The notes beneath the pieces were generated by a model. That model searched no databases. It was not told where the DNA came from and saw only the letters and a program-made list of their open reading frames with translations. Source: Felis catus (taxonomy: Eukaryota). Taken from it: a stretch of 64,000 nucleotides of DNA. This document shows, in pieces, positions 24,541-37,413 of this stretch. Each line of letters starts with the position of its first letter. Position 1 is the first letter of the stretch. The stretch lies in the NCBI RefSeq assembly GCF_018350175.1, contig NC_058369.1:26166001-26230000 (forward strand), read 5' to 3'. Both the position numbers and the translations under genes were made by a program.

Positions 24541-24885
24541 CTGTTATGGCTAAATTGTGCCCTCCCCCCACCCCTACAAATTCGTATGTTGAAGTCCTAA
24601 CACACGATACCTTAGAATGTGACTGTATCTGGAGAAAGGCCTTCAAAGAGGTGACTAAGGTAAAATGAGGTTATAGGGCTGGCCCCTAATCCAATATGGC
24701 CGGTGTCCTCATAAAAAGAGATTGGGACACAGAGAGACATGGACGGAAGACCGTGGACAGAAGCCTCAGGAGAAACCAACCCTGTTGACACCTTGACCTT
24801 AGACATCCAGCTTCTAGGGCTGTGAGGGTATACATTTCTGTTGTTTAAGTCACCCAGTCTTTGGCTGCACTTGGCAAAGTAATAT
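24541..24885 (+). mobile_element. MaLR MLT1A/B-type solo LTR
   Basis: tgttatggctaaattgtgccc...aaattcgtatgttgaagtcctaa...gaatgtgactgtatctggaga...ttctgttgtttaagtcacccagtct. Confidence 0.75.
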
Positions 24886-26269
24886 AAGGTCTTTTTCTTT
24901 CTTTTTTTTTTTTTTTTAGAGTTTAAAACTGAGTCACAGTTTTGATGAGTATTTGTCAGGGGAGAACATACAAGGGAAGGTGTTCTCACTGGGAAGGAGG
25001 ATGTTTGCTGTGGCCCTTCCCTCCTGTTCTTAGTCACTGTGTCCCTCTAATTCAGCTTGCGGAGTTAGGTGGGGATCAAAGAATCCAGCTCATTTATCTC
25101 CCTCAAATCTCTCTGGCTCAAACTACTGTAGAGAATAAACATATGGATGTATCAACGCCTTTTGTTTCCGAGAAGGACAGATGAATTTGGGTGGCTAATT
25201 TGACACCTTTGGCACCCTGCTTTTCTGTCCTATTGTTTGGAAGTTGGGAACTCACTCCTGTGGAAATTCTGTCTACTGAGGAAGTAGGAAGAGCCTGAAA
25301 GGAAGGAGGTGACAGAGTGAGTTGTCCACCCCTGCCCCGAGGCCACCAGCAGCACCTCCTGTCTTAGAAGTGTTTTTCCCTTCAGAGCTCTTGGAACAGA
25401 ATTTTAATATTCCTCAATCCAGAGGAAGCGTCAGATTTCCTTGCTGGTGCTGTTGTTTGGGGCTGTTGCTGACTTTAGAGTTTTCTTCAAAACATTTTAT
25501 TTTCACCTCAGAGACCATGGTTTTCCCTGAGATTGATGGGCGCGGCCGAGGTCAGAATGTCATCCTTAACCCGAGTGACCACCAGCTCCTATTGTTATAG
25601 GCATGATTTGCTGACCATGTACCGCCTGTCAGGCCAAGCATTAAATGTTTCATAAAGTTTAAATTAAATCTCACAATAAACACTAGAAGGTAGAAGGGAA
25701 ACAGGATAGAGGAATAAAGTGACCAGTTCTAGGCCACTCAACTTATGGGCTCAAGTGGTAAAGTCAAGAATTAAATCCTGATCTGTCTCACTGAAGGGCC
25801 CTCAGCACAAGATGGCCTTCTTGTTCACTCTTGTGCCACCGATGTCTCCCTAGTGCCTGACATGTAATGGATGCTCAGTAAATTCTTGTTGTGTGAATGA
25901 ATGAATTCAGAATTTTAGGAATGAATGAGTCTTTCTCTTGTCTTGCTTTTTACAAATAAGCAATGAATTACACACCTGGTGCTCTCCATGTCCTAGCTCT
26001 GTGTCCACACTTTCCTTGACTCATTTTGCAGTTTGAACAGTGGAACTGAGGAGGGGGGAAGGGGAGGTCACTGGAGTCACATCCCAAAAGGAGGAAAGAG
26101 GAATGAGGAAGAGCCCTCTGGAACACTTCCATATTTGCCAAGAGCTTTCACAGGCCCTCACAGCCACAGCGGGTGACATCCCCGTTTTCCAGATGAGGCC
26201 GAGACGGATGGTGGATGTATTCCCTTTCTGTGAGAATAGCACCCTTGATTATTTGGGAAACTACTTTCC

Positions 26270-26680
26270 TCCTTCACCCCAGTCTGTGAGACTGGGCTGA
26301 AACTCACACTGATTTAACAAATCAGAGCTTCTTAACCAGAGCTGATCGCAGTGGTTGGTTCAGGGATGGATGAATGACCCAGTCAGGGCCAATGGGACCC
26401 AATCCTGAGAAACTTATTGTGTTGTGACACAGAAAATCTGTCTCAGACCACTGGGTCTGGAAGCTGCTGGTGGCCATCTTCCCTTCCCAAGGGTGGAGCC
26501 CACCCAGAGGAAAGGAAGGCAAAGAGATGGAAAGAAACAGACAAGCCAAGCCCTGATTACCTTGTCTGAACCCTGGATCCAGCTATGCCCGAACTACTTC
26601 TGGACATTTTAGTCACATAAATCAATAAATTGCTCTTCCTTTCATGAACCAATTTGAGAGTCATCACCTGCAGTGAAGGA
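26270..26680 (+). mobile_element. Old MLT1-type LTR fragment
   Basis: gtggttggttcagggatgg...gaagctgctggtggccatctt...ctggatccagctatgcc...caataaattgc. Confidence 0.55.
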
Positions 26681-27068
26681 CTCTTGATCCCTCTGTGTCT
26701 CACTGTTCTCATTGCAGAGTGAGAATGAGAAAGGTAGTTACTTCATGGGGTTATTGGGAGGATTAAATCGACCTGTGCATGTTCAGCCTCAGTGTGGCCT
26801 GGCAATAGCTATTCACCCAGTGATTTGGGGCAGCCATTATTAGGGGAGCAGTGTACGAATTGCTGAGACCCACGTGGACAGTACCCAGGCAAATTTAGCA
26901 AGAAGGGTATTTAAGGCAGAGGTAAGGCCTAAAATGAAGCTCTAAAATAGTGGGGGTCTGCACAGGTCCTGCCCCACCCCCCACCCTCCTGGGGAGTCCC
27001 TCATCCCTCCCCAGAACCACATTCTGCCTCTGCTAGACAGGAATTCAACAGACACAGAGGTTCATCAC

Positions 27069-27181
27069 CTCCGCCTTCCAGCGATGTTTCATATCCGTGT
27101 AGACATCAGCCAGCTCATCAATCTCTTTAACGGAGGTCTCAGGGGTGGTGTGCAGGGGGACAATCACGAAGTCCTTGACAA
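27069..27181 (-). CDS. DNASE1L3: DNase1-like 3, coding exon 5
   Basis: cctcag|(V)VKDFVIVPLHTTPETSVKEIDELADVYTDMKHRWKAE|gtgatg; catalytic His in PLHTTP; 113 nt. Confidence 0.97.
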
Positions 27182-29643
27182 CTGAGGAACAGGAAAGAGG
27201 CGGAGGTCACACACTTCCCTGAACAGAGGAAGGTTCCATGAACACTGCTGAAGGGAAACAGACTGTCCCCCTAGAAGGCCCAGCCTGCATTGTCTGGGTC
27301 CCCTCATCTCTAGAGGGTCCAGCCGGTGGCTGAGATGTGACTGTTCTTAGGACGATTAGGCCGGCATTTTCAGTACATGAAAGCCTCTTTTCTCCCACTC
27401 ACCTGCAGAGCTAAGAGAAAGCCAGTAGACAGTACTGCTTGCTGGTATTGTGGGTGTTTTTATTTTCTCATTTTTTGAAAAATTATATTCTCTACTTTTT
27501 AAAAACTAATAAGTCAAGGCTGTTTGGCTTTTGTACTAAAGAAAAAAGTTTTTTCTAATTAAAAAAAAAAAGGAGGCTTGTTAGTTTATGCTTCTTTTGT
27601 AATCAGGAAAAAAAAACCCCAAACATTATTTAAAAAAGTGGTCTTTTGTGAAATATCTGAAAACCTCCCCCCACCGGGAGGGACAGAGGGAGCCTTGGAA
27701 CTGAGCCTCGCCCACCTGGCAATGGAGCTGTTGTGCTCTGAATGCCTCTTCCCCCGGCTTTCCCTTGTCCTGTGCCTGGGTCCCCAGGCCTACTCGGGAC
27801 CTAGGGGCTGTTGGGAATCACTGCTCAGGTCACACAATGGAAAGTCAGGACTCAGAGCCTGCAGCCTGTCTCCAGGACCCTGCACTTACCCACCAGCCTT
27901 ATTTCTCACTCTTCTCAGGCCTCCGCTCCACCCCCCATCCTCTCTCTGGTCTCCCTACACATCCCAACTCCTTTCCACCTCTGAGCTTACTGGCACCTCC
28001 CCTCAGAATGGCCCTTTCCCCAGTCTTCTGTGACTGGCTTCTTCAGGTCACAACCCAATGTCACCTAAATTGGGTTGGTCCCTCACCCCACTATGGAATG
28101 CACCCTGCTTTTATTTCCTTCATGCCCTGAGATTACTTGTGCTTCTGAGTTTGGCCCACTGGAACCTGAATTCTGTCTTGCTCACCCTCTTGGCTCCAGC
28201 ACCTAGCACAGCACCTGGCACATGGGAGATGCTCAAAACTGTCTGTTGATTGAATACATGAATGAATGAATGAGTAAATGAATAAAAGGGAAAAAAGATA
28301 GATGAATGGCTAACTCTATCTTTAATCTCAAATACAGGGGACATAATGTTTCCTTGTACAAGATAGAAAATTCCAAACAGGAGGGCGCCTGGGTGGCTCA
28401 GTCGGTTAAGTGTCCAACTCTTGGTCTCAGCTCAGGCCATGATCTCATGGTTTGTGAGCAATGTTTAGCTGTGTGTAGCTGAAGACTCTCTCGGAGAAGA
28501 AATAATCACTTGGGGCAGGGGGCAGGGTGCTCTCCAAACACTGCTCTGGTCAGCTAAGTGTGAATTGTGTGCACGATGAAGCTATTACACATGCTCTCTG
28601 ACGTGCATTTCTGTCCTAAATAGCCCCCAGATCCTTCTCTTCTTCTACTGGAAATTCCTCCACCTTTCTTCCATGTTGGTTTTCCTGAAGTACTAATTAG
28701 CCAGGGTGGGAATAGTTAACTTTGTCGTTCAGGGTGTTTATATTTGTGTAGTATAAATTTGGGGGTACATGCTCACATACATTTATTTATTTGGTCATTA
28801 TCTGTCTTGCCTACTACAACATAACTTCACTAGGGCAGGGGCTTTGTCTGCCTTGGTCAGTGCCTGGAACAGACCATAGCACGTAGTAGGTACTGAAAAG
28901 ATATTGGATTCTATATAGCTTCAATCTGCAAATCAAATTAATTCTTGACTTTCCATTTCAAGATGCACTGTGGTTACGAGTATGTGCTCCCAAGATAGTG
29001 GCTTGGGTTACAGCCCTGTTCATTCATGTCAAGAGCTGCTGGGTGACCTTGGACAAGTGACTCCACCTATTTGATCCTTGGCTTCTTCAAATGTAAAAGT
29101 GGAGACAATCCTAGGTCTTAACCTGCAGGGTGTTGCAAAGTTGCAGGAACCTGGCACTAATCAGGGATCAATACTTGTTAGTGGCTTATATAAGTGTAGT
29201 TGTTGTCAAATTTAAGGGAGCAATCATTTGGATTTCCCCTCTATACCCAGCCCTTGGAGGACTTTGCATGTCATTACTAGAGGCAGAGGGAGACTTTAGT
29301 TTGGGGTTCCTTTCTGCTGGCCACCACTGCGATTTTTCAGAATGAAGCTATACTTGACTGCAACTGAAGAATTGCAGTAAATAATTTCCATCAGCCTAAC
29401 TGCTCCAACAAGAGTGGAGTTACCACTGACTTCAGGTGCATTCTAAGGGAGGAGGTCTTGGCATTCTGAGAAGCCAGGCTGCATCCCTAACACTCAAGTA
29501 TCAGACGTTCTCAATGGCCATCTCAAGTCTGATGCCTCCCTAACAATGCTGCGTAAACCCTGGGACCCCAGCTCACATCCGGGGCTATTGTCCATTCATG
29601 GGATCACAGGGAGGTTATTCACTACTGGTGCCTTGGGTCTCAC

Positions 29644-29756
29644 CGGTGTAGGGTGACTGGAACCAGACCACAAAGGGTTCCCTGGAAAATACATCTGTGT
29701 CTCCAGCCTGATAGTCATGGTAGAGGTAGCGTTTCTTCACAGACAGTAGCTTTTCC
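29644..29756 (-). CDS. DNASE1L3: DNase1-like 3, coding exon 4
   Basis: ccctag|(K)EKLLSVKKRYLYHDYQAGDTDVFSREPFVVWFQSPYT|gtgaga; 113 nt. Confidence 0.97.
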
Positions 29757-30342
29757 CTAGGGGAGAAAAAATAGGAAGCACTTTCAGCTGAGTCAGTTGA
29801 CGTCTTCATTCAAGAAGCAGAGACATGGCTTCATTAGCCCCCCAGGCAGGCTCTTGCCCTGCAAGGGATCTTTCACCCGAGAACAAGGCTCCATCTACTC
29901 TTCTCCATGGCCACCCTTTGAAAGCTGGAGATCTGAGCAGTACCACTTATCTGGGGCACCCACAAGTTAATGTTCAGACTTAGAACAAATTACTGTAGGA
30001 AGAAGACAAAACTCTGAAGTTTCAGAGACAGCCATGCTGGGCAACTCAGGTTTCCATCCCTGGGCCAGGACTTGATGAGGGAGTATAAAGAACTCCTGAC
30101 CCTCCTGACCAGGCAGTCACTGACTCAACCAACAAATTAGGTGTTAGGAAGCTGCTTGTACTCTTTAGTTTGAAGAGGTAACGCTTTGCTTCAGAGTCAA
30201 TTTGACAGCAATTATTTTGATCAATATTGAGAACTGGTTAGAGGTCAACATTTGGTTTTGAAGAAAAGATAAGCATTTTGATTCAATTCACAGTCATCAT
30301 TTATAAGTGAGCCACATTCCAGGAAGCATAGGCTATACTCAC

Positions 30343-30450
30343 TTGTAGAGAAAGGCATACTGCTCTTTATATGTATTTCTTCCAAGGCGAGAGCTAATCA
30401 CATAGTTGTACATTGTGCCTTTTCTTGAATTTCTTGAATTTCTTGAATTT
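30343..30450 (-). CDS. DNASE1L3: DNase1-like 3, coding exon 3 (with NSR triplication)
   Basis: ttttag|(G)NSRNSRNSRKGTMYNYVISSRLGRNTYKEQYAFLY(K)|gtgagt; 108 nt using the first AG. Confidence 0.93.
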
Positions 30451-31286
30451 CTAAAATGTAGAGATTTTACATTATGCATCTTAAAAAATAAACATCCCCC
30501 TATTGCATGTTCCCCTATCTTCACTCTGTATCCATATCACCAATGGCATCATGGAGAAGGGTTACCGTTCATCATAACCTTGGGGTCTAATAAGAAGGGC
30601 CACCATTGACTAGGAATGTGACATCTTCCAGGATCTTGACAGCCATTAACTCTTACCCTTAGAATATGGGTACTGTTGTTACCCACCTTGTATAGTTTGC
30701 AGGTGCAGAGCTGGGATTTGAACTCAGATCCTACATACTCCAAATCCACACCCTTTGCCCTGCACCTGTGGGACATTATTGAGACCATAGAAGCTTCAGG
30801 CCAGAATCTGCTCCATATCTCACTCTGGCTCATGGCTGGGGCTGACCTCATACTTCCTGGTGGAGGAAACCTTATCAGGTCACCCTGTCCATGAACTACT
30901 GCTGAACATTTATCATATGCAGAATTCCTAGTAACGTTTTCATTGGACATTCACTCCTGCTCTGAAAACCCTCAAGCATTTTCTCACAAGTCCTAGAACT
31001 ATGATTTCAGACCAGCTATTGTTTATGTTCTGGGGGCTGGCGATACAGACGTGAAGTCCCATTACCTCTATCCCTCATTTACACCAGGGAAACTTGACTT
31101 TCCATGTGTTTGCCAAACCTGCCGATAACTCACCCTGAGCAGCGCCTGGCACGGTCTAACCCATTTGCCCGCAGAAAGATCTAGGGCATGTCTAAGCTAT
31201 AGCATATTCTCAGGTTTAGTAGCAGAAGGAGCATTTAGGGCCCAACCTAGGCCCTACAGAAATTCCTAGGACTTTAGGTACATATT

Positions 31287-31467
31287 CTTTTTTTTTTTTT
31301 TAAGTTTATCTATCTTAAGAGAGAGAGAAAGAGAGAGAGAATCTTAAGCAGGCTCCTCAGTGTCAGTGCAGAGCCCAACTCGGGGCTTGATCCCACGAAC
31401 CATGAGATCATGACCTGAACCGAAATCAAGAGTCAGACGTTTCACCAACTGAACCATCAAGGTGCCA
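31287..31467 (-). mobile_element. CAN-SINE
   Basis: Reverse-complement SINEC with tacatattct flanks. Confidence 0.85.
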
Positions 31468-32595
31468 CTAGATACATATTCTAAGGCAGGTCTGGCTACT
31501 GGGGCCTGAGGAATGTGAACGTTGGATTCCACTGGGCTTCCAGTTTGGGAAAGTTGGCCTTGTTCTGAATCCAGCCTGCCAAATTTGGGGTTTGCAAAAT
31601 GCTTGACGTGACTCAGCTGTGAGGTGACTAAGGCTCCTGTTGGCTTACGAGGGATAAGGGGACAAACAGGCCTGCTTCTGCCTGGAGTCAGTGGCATGGT
31701 CTAGGGGGCCTGGGACAACTGAGGCCAGTTGGGGTGGGAAGACTCAATCCAGGCTGGCTGTGGGGAGGGGCATAGAGCCCCTGTCCCCTCGTACTTCTGA
31801 AAACTGACCAGAGTCCCTCTAAGGAAAGCTCAGGAGGTTCAGAATAGAGCACCAGCTTTGGAGTCAGAAATGACCCAGGTTCAAAGGTAAGCTCCATAAT
31901 TTACTGGCTGGGTGAACTTGGGCAAGCCCCTTCTCTCTGTTCCTCAGTTCCCTCAGCTATAAGGGAAACAGTAATAGTACCCACCCCACAAAGCTGTTGT
32001 GGGAGTGAATGAAATAGCACACGTAAATTGATTAACTGGATGCCTGGCAGGTAGTTAGGGCACCGATGGCAGCTGTTACATGCGGCCCTCGGGACCATCA
32101 TTTGCCATCATAATTTGCTTCCTTTTACTAGTAATAGACACCACCAGCCCTGACTGGTCACTGCTACAGACCAGGCACAGCCCAACCACTTATATGCAGG
32201 ATTTAATCAGCACCACATTCCGGGAAGATGGGTTCCATTACCAGTCCCGTTTTATACACAGGGAAAATGAGGTGCAAAGAGGGTGAGTAACTTGCCCAAA
32301 GTCATAGCAGAGTCAAAATCCAAATACAAGTGGTCTGAGTTGAGTGTAGGCGCCTGACCCTTGCACTAAACTCCCTTGTCCATCATCAAAGATCAGATCT
32401 GGAAAGAGAAGAGCTGCTGAGGCTGAATGGAGAAGCTCAGCCCAACTCCATATTTCCAGATGAGAAAATGAGCCCCGGAGAAGGGGGAACCAGCCCAGGG
32501 GACCCTCTGTGTGAAGGAGAGTGTCCAAGATTTCCTCCCAGGCTGAATGAGGCTGGATTGACCATTCATTTACTTAAAAAATAATAATAATAACA

Positions 32596-33022
32596 GGGGC
32601 ACCTGGGTGGCTCAGTTGGTTAAGTGTCCAACTTCGGTTCAAGTCATGATCTCACAGTTCGTAGGTTCGAGCCCCATGTCAGGTTCTGTGCTAACAGCTC
32701 AGAGCTTGGAGCCTGCTTCGGATTCTGTGTCTCCCTCTCTCTCTGCCCGTGCCCTGCTTGCACTCTGTCTCTGTCTCTCAAAAAGTGAATAAACATTAAA
32801 AACATATTTAAAAAAATAAAAATTTTAAGTTTATTTATTTATTTTGGGAGACAGAGAGAGTGCACAGGAGGGGCAGAGAGAGAGGGAGAGAGTCAGAGAC
32901 TCCCAAGCAGGCTTTGCACTGTGACAGCCCAATGCGGGGCTGACACTCACAAACCGGGAGATCATGGTCTAAGCCGAAATCAAGAGTCAGTTGCCCAACC
33001 AATCGAGCCACCCCGGTGCCCC
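32596..33022. mobile_element. Two tail-to-tail CAN-SINEs (+ 32596-32820, - 32821-33022)
   Basis: SINE heads at both outer ends and a shared A/T-rich centre. Confidence 0.9.
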
Positions 33023-33864
33023 TTGAATATGCCTTTTTTAACTCACATTGGGATGATTTTCAGGTAGGTGGGTTTGCTGATTATTCTTTGAGAAAGAATA
33101 TAAATCACAAATATAATCCAACGTAATTTAAAAATATTTGAGGACATTATCTTTTGGGTTTTTTTTTTTTGAAGTTGTAAAATCAGACTTTTTGTAAGCT
33201 ATTCAAATCATATAGAAATATATAAAATAAAAAGTAAATATTCTGCATTTCTTCACTGACTGCCTCCACAATGGCCCTCCAATCACACCCACTTCCCTGG
33301 CCCAGAAGTAACCACTATTAATGGTTTGGGCACATTCTTCCAGTCTTTCCTCTAGGCTCATGCAAACTCAAACACATGCTTATTCATGTATACTGTAATG
33401 TGATTACTAAAATGGGCTACTCTACCTACGGTTCTGGACCTGCTGTTTTGAATATACTGCAGCCATCTTTCTATGCTGGAATATTTAGCTCTAAGCTATT
33501 CTGTAGTGATCATGATTTTTAATGGCTACATCATATTCCAGCCTGCGGACATACCATAACTTCATATTTGCACTCAACCTTTTTTTTATAACGGTAGTTC
33601 TAAGCTCAGCCCCTTGTCTCTTTTGTTTCTCTCTGTCCTGGCTCCTCATCTGTTCCCTCTATTTTACTTTATTATATTAAAACTAGCTGGTTGAAAGTTC
33701 TCAGGACTTTGGCTAATGGAGTTGGAAGTGTGGGCAGTGTTGGTCATGTGACTTGGTAGTCAGGGTGAGTGCTGGCTTTCACCCTTGGTTCAATTCCTGA
33801 GGCTTTTCAGGTGTCCTTGAAGTTGACCTTGAGTCTGCAGAGGATCCAGGAGCCCCGTCTTTAC

Positions 33865-33953
33865 CCATTTAGTCTGTCCATCAGCATGGGACAGATAATG
33901 TTGTTGCTGTCCTTGATTTCCATCAGGAGTATGATATCACAGCGTTTGATGAC
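33865..33953 (-). CDS. DNASE1L3: DNase1-like 3, coding exon 2
   Basis: tcacag|VIKRCDIILLMEIKDSNNIICPMLMDRLN(G)|gtaaag; 89 nt. Confidence 0.97.
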
Positions 33954-34151
33954 CTGTGAAGACAGAATTCCCAGGTGTTTCAGGCCATTTACTGCAAGTA
34001 ATAAAATCTTTTATTGGGCACTTACTATGTTTTAGGTATAGGATTGGTGCTTTGTTAAAGTAATGAATTTCATCACTGAAATAAGTGAAGAACTTTGTGA
34101 GGCAGGTCGTATTTTGATGTCTATTTTATTTGATTAAAAATTTTATTTTTA

Positions 34152-34435
34152 GGGGTGCCTGGGTGGCTCAGTCGGTTAAGCATCCAACTTTGGCTCAGGT
34201 TGTGATCTCACGGTTCGTGAGTTCAAGCCCTGCGTTGGGCTCTGTGCTGACAGCTCGGAGCCTGGAGCCTGCTTCTGATTCTGTGTCTCCCTCTCTCTCT
34301 GCCCCTCCCCTGTTCATGTTCTGTCTCTCTCTGTCTCAAAAATAAAATAAAACATTAAAAATAATTTATTTTTAAGTAATCTCTACACTCAACGTGGGGA
34401 TCGAACTCACCACTGACTGAGCCACCCGGGAGCCA
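34152..34435 (+). mobile_element. CAN-SINE (+) followed by a short minus-strand SINE remnant
   Basis: Head, CT tract and tail, then ...ctgactgagccaccc. Confidence 0.85.
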
Positions 34436-35076
34436 CCCCCCCCCCCCCCCCGCACCTTTTAATGTTTATTTCTTTTTAGTTATGTCTGTTTTAAAGATAA
34501 GGAGCCTGGGGCTCCAGGAAAACCGAGTAAACTATCCAAAGTCACTCAGCTAGAAAATGGCCAAGGCAGAATGCAAATCTAGGCAATCTGAATCCAGAGC
34601 CTATGATCACGTGTCCTATATCTTGTTTTTTTTTGCTTGAATAATCACCATAATAATAATAATAATAATAAATATTTCTTAAGCTGTTAGTACGTGAGAG
34701 GTGCCAGAATGGATATGGGTCTCCCCAGTTCACCTGGCAACAAAATCATAATAATAAAAACTACAAGGGCTAACATTTATTGTGAGCCTACCATAAGCCT
34801 CACCAACACTGTGAGAGAACTATGATTATTGGCTCACTAACCTCAGGAGAAAACCAGGCTCAGAGTGTTTGAGTGGAAAGTTTGAAGTCACACAGCCAGT
34901 ATAGATGGTAGAGTCAGGATTTGAATTCGGGTTCTTGTGACTACAAAGCCTACCATGCTGTTAAAACATCAGGGAGAGCTGGGTCCTGCCACCGAGCCAG
35001 CTTGCTGATTTAGTCACTGGTCTCTGTCAGACCTTTCTGGAAGGCACTTTAAAGTATGTATCAAAAGTCTTGGAGT

Positions 35077-35298
35077 GGGGCGCCTGGGTGGCTCGGTCGG
35101 TTAAGCGGCCGACTTCGGCTCAGGTCATGATCTCACGGTCCGTGAGTTTGAGCCCCGCGTCAGGCTCTGTGCTGACAGCTCAGAGCCTGGAGCCTGTTTC
35201 AGATTCTGTGTCTCCCTCTCTCTGCCCCTCCCCTGTTCATGCTCTGTCTCTCTCTGTCTCAAAAATAAATAAAACGCTAAAAAAAATTTAAAAAAAAA
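35077..35298 (+). mobile_element. CAN-SINE with TSD AAAAGTCTTGGAGT
   Basis: The TSD is seen on both sides. Confidence 0.93.
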
Positions 35299-35764
35299 AA
35301 GTCTTGGAGTATGTACTTACTCTTTGGCCTAGTTTTCCCCCTTTGAGGAAGGTCTTGTATTATAAAGAAATATCTACTACTTCTCTGCACCTCAGTTTCT
35401 TCATCTATAAATTGGAATGATGACAGTTATTCCCTCACAAAGTTGCTGGAGGATTAAATGGGTCCTTAGAACAGTGCTAGGCATTTGGAGCCACACACGA
35501 AATTATTATTGCTATTATTATTACTTGTACAGATCAAAGAGGAAGAGGCATTGCAATAGCACAACAAAAACTTGGAAACAACCTAAGTATCCCCAAATAG
35601 AAAAGCATTAAATGAAAGATGTTGTAAACATGGCATAGGACATTATGTGGCATTAAAAGTCATGTTTTGAAAGAATATTAACAACATGTGAAATACTTCC
35701 AATATAAAAGCAGAATACAAAACTAGTGATATAGGGCAGTCTCCATGCTGCAAAACAGATGCAG

Positions 35765-35974
35765 TTTTTAATTTTTTTTTTAACATTTATTTATTTTTGA
35801 GAGACAGAGAGAGACACAGTGTGAACGGGAGAGGGGCAGAGAGAGAGGGAGACACAGAATCCGAAGCCGGCTCGCAGCTGACAGCTGTGAACACATGTTC
35901 AAGACCACGAACCATGAGATCATGACCTGAGCTAAAGTTGGACGCTTAACCAACTGAGCCACCCAGGCACCCCC
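35765..35974 (-). mobile_element. CAN-SINE
   Basis: Reverse-complement SINEC with cagatgcagtttt flanks. Confidence 0.9.
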
Positions 35975-36231
35975 AGATGCAGTTTTATGTATTTATTTTT
36001 GCATAGAAAAATGCCCATAAAATACCCTAAATGCCAATAGCTCTTATCTTCAAGTGATAGGGTAACAGCTGATATTTATTTTCTTCTTTGTATGCTTCTA
36101 TATGTTCAAAGTAGTCCATAATTACCATTTTTAACTGAATAAAATTAAGTTAGAAATTAAAATTTTTTAACTTAAAAAATGATACCTTTCTAATTTTAAA
36201 AAATTAAAGTGTTATTTAAAAAAGGAAACTG

Positions 36232-36792
36232 CGGGGGCCTGGGTGGCTCAGTCAGTTAAGCGTCCGACTTGAGCTCAGGTCACGATCTCGCAGTCCCTGA
36301 GTTCGAGCCCAGCGTCGGGCTCTGGGCTGATGGCTCAGAGCCTGGAGCCTGCTTCCGATTCTGTGTCTCCCTCTTTCTCTTCCCCTCCCCCGTTCATGCT
36401 CTGTCTCTCTCTGTCTCAAAAATAAATAAACTTAAAAAAATATATTATTTAAAAAAAGGAAACTGCTTGAGGATAAAGTAATTATGAGAGAGGAGATGAT
36501 GGCCAATATTTATTAAGATATGACAGATGAGGGGCACCTGGGTGGCTCAGTCAGTTAAGTGTCTGACTCTTGATTTCGGCTCAGGTCATGATCTCACAGC
36601 TCATGGGACTGAGCCCTGCTTCAAGCTTCACACCGAGCTACTCCACACCAAGCATGGAGCCTGCTTGGGATTCTCTTTCTCTGCCCCGCCCCCCCAGGGC
36701 CCCCTCGGCAATGCTCTCTATCCCTCTCTCTCTGCCCCGCCCCTGCACCTGCACTCTCTCTTTCTCCAAAAAAAAAAAAAAAAAAAAAAAAA
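36232..36792 (+). mobile_element. Two tandem CAN-SINEs (36232-36455, 36530-36792)
   Basis: Two heads and two tails. Confidence 0.88.
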
Positions 36793-37187
36793 GTGACAGG
36801 TGAGAGTCTATTTAACATAAGTTAAATAAATTGTCTTACATAAAGTGCCTCATGTGGTGCCTGGCTTTATAAGTGTTAGCTCTTGTCATCAACTCATTAA
36901 ATTTTTATAATAGTCCTTGGATGTTGGCCGTCTTGTTATCCCCATAGTATAATTGAGGACTCTGCCTCAGTGCAGTTAAGTAATGCGAACACTCTGTGAA
37001 TGTGAATAATGGGATCATCCACTGCAGAGCCCTGCTTGACCACTATGCTCAACAACGGAGGAGATCCCCACATCCCCTGATTGCTCCTCCTCGGAGACCA
37101 AGGTCCCTTTTGAATGTAACCCATTGCCAAGGGACAAAAATGGGCCAGAGTTCAGACTCCCTTTCCTGAGCAGAAGGGTTGAGCTTT

Positions 37188-37413
37188 TATTTTTTCGTTT
37201 TGTTTTGTTTTGTTTCTGAGAGAGAGAGAGAGAGAGAGAGAGAGCACAAGTGTGTGCTTGAGTGGGGGTGAGGGAAAGAGAGGGGGGGAGAGAGAGAGAA
37301 TCCCAAGCAGGCTCCACGCCTAGCTTGGAGCCCGATCCCATAACTCTGGGGTCATGACCTGAGCCGAAATCAAGAGTTGGATACTCAAACAACTGAGCCA
37401 CCCAGGCGCCCCT
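37188..37413 (-). mobile_element. CAN-SINE
   Basis: TSD GAAGGGTTGAGCTTTTA on both sides. Confidence 0.9.
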
